A stretch of 64,000 nucleotides of DNA from Verrucomicrobiota bacterium (GTDB taxonomy: Bacteria; Verrucomicrobiota; Lentisphaeria; JABSQK01; JAJFLO01): NCBI GenBank assembly GCA_021772615.1, contig JAJFLQ010000134.1, positions 2,039 through 66,038 of the forward strand. Reading direction: 5' to 3'. Within the stretch, counting starts at the first letter, position 1; each line of letters begins with the position of its first letter. The position numbers and the translations under genes are program-made. Below the pieces are notes generated by a model. The model worked only from the letters and a program-made list of their open reading frames with translations. It made no database searches and had not been told where the DNA came from. Below, piece by piece: positions 59,258 through 64,000 of the stretch.

Positions 59258-61105
59258 ATGCAAAAAGGCAAACTGAAAATACTGGCGGGCTCTGGGGCTT
59301 TGGTTCGTCTCATTGGACGAGCGGCGGAAACATACGATGTAACCGTCGATAAGGATGTTCTCGTGTGGACTCACAGCCCAAGCTCACCGAACGGCACGCT
59401 GGAGGGCAAACAAATTCAGTCGGTCACACGACACGGAGCGGCCTTCATCGTGAATCTCCTGGCGAATACCAACGGAATACCGGCGTTGACATTTGAAGCT
59501 TCATCTGTATCAGACGCAAAGAAATGGACCACTGCTATTGAGGGGATTATCGGAAAAGCGCAAACCTGTATCCCCGACGCAGTACCAGCTGGGGTGGCGG
59601 ACGCAACGCCGGTGAGTGTGACGTACCAGGTAGCGAATTCCAACGCGGTCACAAAAGACTGTGCGCTCCTGGTAATCGCTTGTGATCCCAGGAATCTGGA
59701 TGGCGTGATTGATTATACCTCAGAGGAATCGGACATTTTCAGCAAGCTGATCAATTTCACATTTCACACAACGCTAATGAATGTGGAGGTACAAGGGCCT
59801 CAATCGTACGGCGTCATTTTTGCGCCGGGTCCTCTGGACGATATGAATGGCAGCTTCTACGGTTTTCGAAACGAAACGGCCAAACAATTCGGCCTGGACG
59901 CCGCCAATAAATTGTCTCACAATCTGGTGACGGTATATCAACTCGCAGGTCCCAGAGACACACCCTGGACTGATGAAGAATTCCAAAAGCTCCTGAAGCA
60001 ACAGCTGAAGACCAGTGACTGGTGGCCTTACGGGGACAAGTACGATATTCGTAAGACGGTGACGACACCCTACTTTGATCATTTCTCACAAGCCGGATTA
60101 AAAGAACACCTGCCTTGGAAAATTCTTGATTTGCAGGGCCAAAAGAATACCCTGTTTGTCCATGCCTTCACGTGTTTTGAGTCGGTGTTGCATTGTTGGG
60201 GTTATGCCAATTTGATGCTGGACAATTATCCGTGTGCGAAACAGGCGCTACCCAGGGAACTTGATGCCCCCATAGTCATACTCGGGGCCGGCCCCAGCGG
60301 ACTTTTGTTCGCCACGGCGCTTAAGCAACGCGGCTACACCAATGTGCAGATTCTGGAGGTTACGGATCGATATGGTGGAAAAACGCATACCGTCCTTGAA
60401 GATGGGCCGTGTCCTCCTGGAGCAACCGAAAAAACAGTCTGCGAATTGGGCACCTGTTATCTGTCTCCGGCGTACGATCCAATGGTCACCGCACTCAAGG
60501 AGTTTCTTACTGGAAACAAACAAATCGACTTCACCGCCGACAATCCAAATTTTCGAGGAATCGTAACAACTGGCGAGTTGCCTCCTTCACCCGACCTCGA
60601 CACCGTGATTGATTATGGCGAATACGTAATTCTAAAGGCGGAAGAAGAACTCGATTTCCCAAATTCCAAATTGAACCGAATCCTGGCGACGCTGGATATC
60701 GCGCTCGACCTCGGTAAGTATTCGTTAATTCACGCGGAATACATGGGATGGACGTTGCCGATGCCCAGCAATCCGCCGGAGGCGCTCGATCAAAAATTTG
60801 GCAACCAGAAATTTATTGATTTCCTGCGGTACCATAAGTTGATGTCTCTTGCCGGAATGTTGGAGTACGGTTATGAAGTACAGGGCTACGGCAGACTCAC
60901 CTCGATTCCGGCCTACTACGGGTTGCTATGGATGACACCCGCCATTACCTGGACGATATTACTGGACCAGCTCAAGTTGGAAGACAAACCCGTCGTCACC
61001 GCATGGACAAAAGGTTGGGGAGATGTATGGGATCAGATCGTCCGGAAGCAAGGTATCAATATCACCCTAAATGCAAAAACAACCTCCATCACGCGAACGA
61101 GATGA
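59258..61105 (+). CDS. two-domain protein: N-terminal PH-like domain + C-terminal FAD-dependent amine-oxidase-like domain
   Basis: start MQKGKLKIL with AAGGGGGAAC RBS (ORF 59222..61105 trimmed); dinucleotide-binding motif IVILGAGPSGLLFATALKQRGYTNVQILEVTDRYGGK at ~aa 335. Confidence 0.5.
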   Translation: MQKGKLKILAGSGALVRLIGRAAETYDVTVDKDVLVWTHSPSSPNGTLEGKQIQSVTRHGAAFIVNLLANTNGIPALTFEASSVSDAKKWTTAIEGIIGKAQTCIPDAVPAGVADATPVSVTYQVANSNAVTKDCALLVIACDPRNLDGVIDYTSEESDIFSKLINFTFHTTLMNVEVQGPQSYGVIFAPGPLDDMNGSFYGFRNETAKQFGLDAANKLSHNLVTVYQLAGPRDTPWTDEEFQKLLKQQLKTSDWWPYGDKYDIRKTVTTPYFDHFSQAGLKEHLPWKILDLQGQKNTLFVHAFTCFESVLHCWGYANLMLDNYPCAKQALPRELDAPIVILGAGPSGLLFATALKQRGYTNVQILEVTDRYGGKTHTVLEDGPCPPGATEKTVCELGTCYLSPAYDPMVTALKEFLTGNKQIDFTADNPNFRGIVTTGELPPSPDLDTVIDYGEYVILKAEEELDFPNSKLNRILATLDIALDLGKYSLIHAEYMGWTLPMPSNPPEALDQKFGNQKFIDFLRYHKLMSLAGMLEYGYEVQGYGRLTSIPAYYGLLWMTPAITWTILLDQLKLEDKPVVTAWTKGWGDVWDQIVRKQGINITLNAKTTSITRTR

Positions 61106-61129
61106 ATCCATCTCGGGCAATGATTGATT

Positions 61130-61290
61130 CATTGCTGATGTTTGTAGTACTCGTCGGCCTGCCTGTCTTTCATAAGCGTGGATCGCAGCAGAGCGACAAC
61201 GGCATCGTCGATGATCATCGGCGCACCTGAAAGGCCTTTTACTGGAGCGCCCTCGCCTGCTGCCGCCTGTTTACCAGAGCTCGACTTATG
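61130..61290 (-). pseudogene. orphan 3' fragment of a trypsin-like protease domain
   Basis: minus-strand translation SSGKQAAAGEGAPVKGLSGAPMIIDDAVVALLRSTLMKDRQA matches the catalytic-Ser region of 54580..58902; preceded by in-frame stop. Confidence 0.5.
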
Positions 61291-61477
61291 TTGAGCTCAA
61301 CCGTCTGTAAAGTTGAATGCCATCATCCTTGCACCGTTTAGAAGGGACGCGGCGTGTTGATAAAGGACAACTATACAGCTCTGTCCAACTCTGGTTAACG
61401 TTTGCCGGGGGATTTTGCTTTCTTTTTTTCTTTGCGGCTTTGCGTCTCTGCGCGAGTTCAATTTCGTTACGGATTGA

Positions 61478-61557
61478 TGTAGCCACGGCTCTGTGAGCTG
61501 TGCCACGCAACGCGAAGCAACGTAAAGTACGGCACGTCTCACAGAGACGTGGCTACA
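61478..61557. repeat. long imperfect hairpin (20-bp arms, 1 mismatch, 40-nt loop with nested pairing)
   Basis: tgtagccacggctctgtgag ... ctcacagagacgtggctaca. Confidence 0.6.
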
Positions 61558-61624
61558 CGCTGCCGCTTCCACCAGCGTTTGGCGTACAGACTTTTGACGT
61601 GTAGCTGCAAACGACGTTGGTTTC

Positions 61625-61706
61625 GGGGTGTAGGCGACCGCTTTACAGTTACTCGGCCGGGCAACCACAAAATCTGCGCGAACTGTAAAGCGGTCGCCTA
61701 CACCCC
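61625..61706. repeat. perfect 26-bp inverted repeat with 30-bp spacer
   Basis: ggggtgtaggcgaccgctttacagtt ... aactgtaaagcggtcgcctacacccc. Confidence 0.7.
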
Positions 61707-61740
61707 GGACGCGGCATGTTTAAAAAATGGGCGTTCAACC

Positions 61741-62289
61741 TTACAGCTCTGTCGAACTCTGGAGAGCGAACCGCAGCACACCAACCACGGCGTTGTCCAT
61801 CAGCATTGGTGCGCCCGACAACCCCTTAACGGGCGCTCCGTCGCCGGCCGCCGCCTGCTTGCTGTATAGCTGAATGGCATGAATGCCGTTTAGCTGCCCG
61901 TGATGGTTCTCCACGGTTCCGGTCTGAATCATGCCGTCAACCGGTTGCGAATCGGGGAACCCGTAGGTAACGAACTCGCCGCCCGACTCGCGGAGGTCTG
62001 CAAGCGGGAGGGGCTGGATTGGGACCGATTCTTCGCACTTCAATATCGCCCAGTCGCCCTGGGGATCGTAATAGGTTTCATACAGCGTCGCTTCGACCTT
62101 ACATTCAGGAAAGGTGAGCGTGATTGTGCCGGGATAAGCGGCAGGGGGATTCTCGAACCGATTCGCGACGACGTGCAACGCCGTAAGCACCAGCCGATCG
62201 GCTACCAGGCAACCGGTACCGCGACTGAGATTTTTGCCGCCGTCGTTGACGTCGATTCGAGCGATAGCATTTCGGACCAACGCGTCCAT
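61741..62289 (-). CDS. stand-alone trypsin-like protease domain (third paralog, truncated after protease domain)
   Basis: MDALVRNAIARIDVNDGGKNLSRGTGCLVADRLVLTALHVVAN...GLSGAPMLMDNAVVGVLRFALQSSTEL*; high identity to N-terminus of 54580..58902 but stops where the intact gene continues into the NTPase. Confidence 0.55.
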   Translation of the reverse strand: MDALVRNAIARIDVNDGGKNLSRGTGCLVADRLVLTALHVVANRFENPPAAYPGTITLTFPECKVEATLYETYYDPQGDWAILKCEESVPIQPLPLADLRESGGEFVTYGFPDSQPVDGMIQTGTVENHHGQLNGIHAIQLYSKQAAAGDGAPVKGLSGAPMLMDNAVVGVLRFALQSSTEL

Positions 62290-62932
62290 GATGAAACCCA
62301 ATCTGTGCAAGCGCAATGTTTGCCTACGGCGACATCGATCTCTTGCCAGGTAGAGAACGAATGATGTCACAACTGGTGGCCGCTAAATGATTGTAACCAC
62401 CGCAGCGATGCGACACCAAAGAACATTACTGGCGTACACCGCAAGGCTAACCGCAGAAATATAAGAATGCAAACCAACTACGAATAGACCTCCCCCAACC
62501 TATCGACCATCGACATCATGTTTCGCGCCAGGACGCGTCTGCGCAACAACGTCTGGAGGGCGGATGGCCCCAGCCGCCGATTTAAACCAATCTTGCGCGC
62601 TCGCAAGCCGAGGGCGGTTCCAAGACTATATCGCACACCAACTTGTAGCGGGAAATCCGGCGAGATCGGCCCAGGAATCGGCAAAATATTGACATCTAAG
62701 TGTACGATTAATACCTTTTGTATAGCTAGATGTCAATCTAGGGAATCGTAATCTGTGATAATTCTTACGCACGCCTAGCCTCAGTAACGACATGGCGTAT
62801 AGTATGAGCTACTTTCGCGGGAAATGATGGATTTTGTAAGAAGGCAAAATCGTTAACCTCTCACATTTGCCTACTTCAACGTGAAGTATATTCGTATAAG
62901 AAACTTGTGTCATAGTAGAATTACTAACAAGA

Positions 62933-63769
62933 ATGGAGATTAGTATTATGATCGGATTTATTCCTAAAGAAATTCATATAGTATTCGTAGTCATTGGACT
63001 TATTTCATTGAATTCGGCTACCCTTTTTGCTGGTGGAATCACAAATGATTTCAGTTCCCTCGCTGGATTAACCATAGACAGCGGATCAACGGATAACGGT
63101 ATTGTTATTGGTGGTGGCGTTGGAGGATCAAATGCTTATTTTGGGGGTAGTTCGCCTACCCCTCCTGTTGGAGGAGGCTACTTCGGAAATGCTGCTACGT
63201 TCGTCGCACCCAATTTAACCTTTGATTTGGCCGCTGGAGATGTAACCATTTCAGCAGTAATGCGGAATAGCAGTTCAAGTACACTATTGAATGAGTCATA
63301 CTTGTGGTTTGGGCCAGAAGTGACTGTACTAGGCAACCCTCTTGCTGATTTCCCGACTGTAGAAAGAGAAGGAATCCTTTTTGGTGGAGCGTCGAACCTC
63401 GCCACTTATCAAGTTTGGGACTTGGGTGATTCTGTGACGAATGACCTACTATTGTTTTCCGATACACCGGGAATCCCACTGGATTCATGGTTCGATATAG
63501 AAGCGACGCTGGGGATCAATGCGAGTAGTGAACTTATCCTTACCACAGCAATCGACGGAGTGCCGACTGGTCCCTTTAATTTAGGATTGGCATCGAATTA
63601 CCCTTGGATAAACAATATGAGAGTTGGGTTAGGCGTAGATGATTTAGCCGACAGCTTTAGCGTTAATTCAGCCGTCCCTGAACCCTCCACCTACGCACTG
63701 ATCCTGACGGGTTTTCTTGGACTCGGCTGGATCAAACGCAAGCGCCAGAATGCGGTTTACGTCGCATAA
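62933..63769 (+). CDS. PEP-CTERM-anchored secreted protein (exosortase substrate)
   Basis: N-terminal signal/TM; C-terminus VPEPSTYALILTGFLGLGWIKRKRQ = PEP motif + hydrophobic helix + basic cluster; gene markedly AT-richer than surroundings. Confidence 0.8.
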   Translation: MEISIMIGFIPKEIHIVFVVIGLISLNSATLFAGGITNDFSSLAGLTIDSGSTDNGIVIGGGVGGSNAYFGGSSPTPPVGGGYFGNAATFVAPNLTFDLAAGDVTISAVMRNSSSSTLLNESYLWFGPEVTVLGNPLADFPTVEREGILFGGASNLATYQVWDLGDSVTNDLLLFSDTPGIPLDSWFDIEATLGINASSELILTTAIDGVPTGPFNLGLASNYPWINNMRVGLGVDDLADSFSVNSAVPEPSTYALILTGFLGLGWIKRKRQNAVYVA

Positions 63770-64000
63770 GACCCAGTATGTTTAATTGAATAACAAGCCC
63801 TCGATGCTCCGGTTTCGGGGGCTTGTTCTTGCTTCGATTTCGGAACAATTGGAAATTCCTGACGTCTATATCAGTAACGAACGGATTGACCCCCTGTCAA
63901 ATAAACGCATCAAGGCCAGCAAGGCCTTAACGTACTGACTATACAGTGGATGCATCATCCCGACGTTGCTTCATTTTTATCACGAGAGCAGGACAAGTTG

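Noticed and set aside
61625-61706. Integron attC site
   Set aside because: Perfect 26-bp arms are unlike imperfect attC R''/L''-L'/R' architecture. No GTTRRRY core in the right position and no intI nearby.

Overview
64-kb chromosomal window from a GC-rich Gram-negative bacterium. The TonB-dependent receptor, LolCDE-like ABC transporter and PEP-CTERM protein point to an exosortase-bearing lineage. The left ~25 kb looks like core genome: a two-component sensory module with a TonB receptor, a tandem pair of REC-DUF3369 regulators (one fused to GAF-PAS-adenylate cyclase), lolD/lolE-like genes, dnaA with an AT-rich putative oriC, lepA-lepB, a PAS histidine kinase, and a membrane-anchored Ser/Thr kinase. 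A tRNA-Arg(CCG) follows. The right ~38 kb looks accessory. It holds an FHA protein, a 1393-aa secreted protein built from five ~200-aa tandem repeats, and a cluster of two sulfotransferases (one with degenerate PAPS motifs), two GT4 glycosyltransferases, a nucleotidyltransferase/HprK-like kinase fusion, an S24/S26-like peptidase and a PqqD-family protein. This cluster looks like a RiPP-like or glycan-tailoring system with no canonical core enzyme. The accessory region also carries a paralogous family of trypsin-like protease/STAND-type NTPase/repeat-sensor genes: one intact 1440-aa protease-NTPase-TM-WD40 gene and two decayed copies, next to a GMC-oxidoreductase/alpha-beta-hydrolase fusion. 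There is also a MazEF-like toxin-antitoxin pair, a 48-bp tandem repeat, large hairpin pairs and a dispersed intergenic repeat family with small conserved ORFs. All calls rest on motif recognition by eye; no database searches were run.
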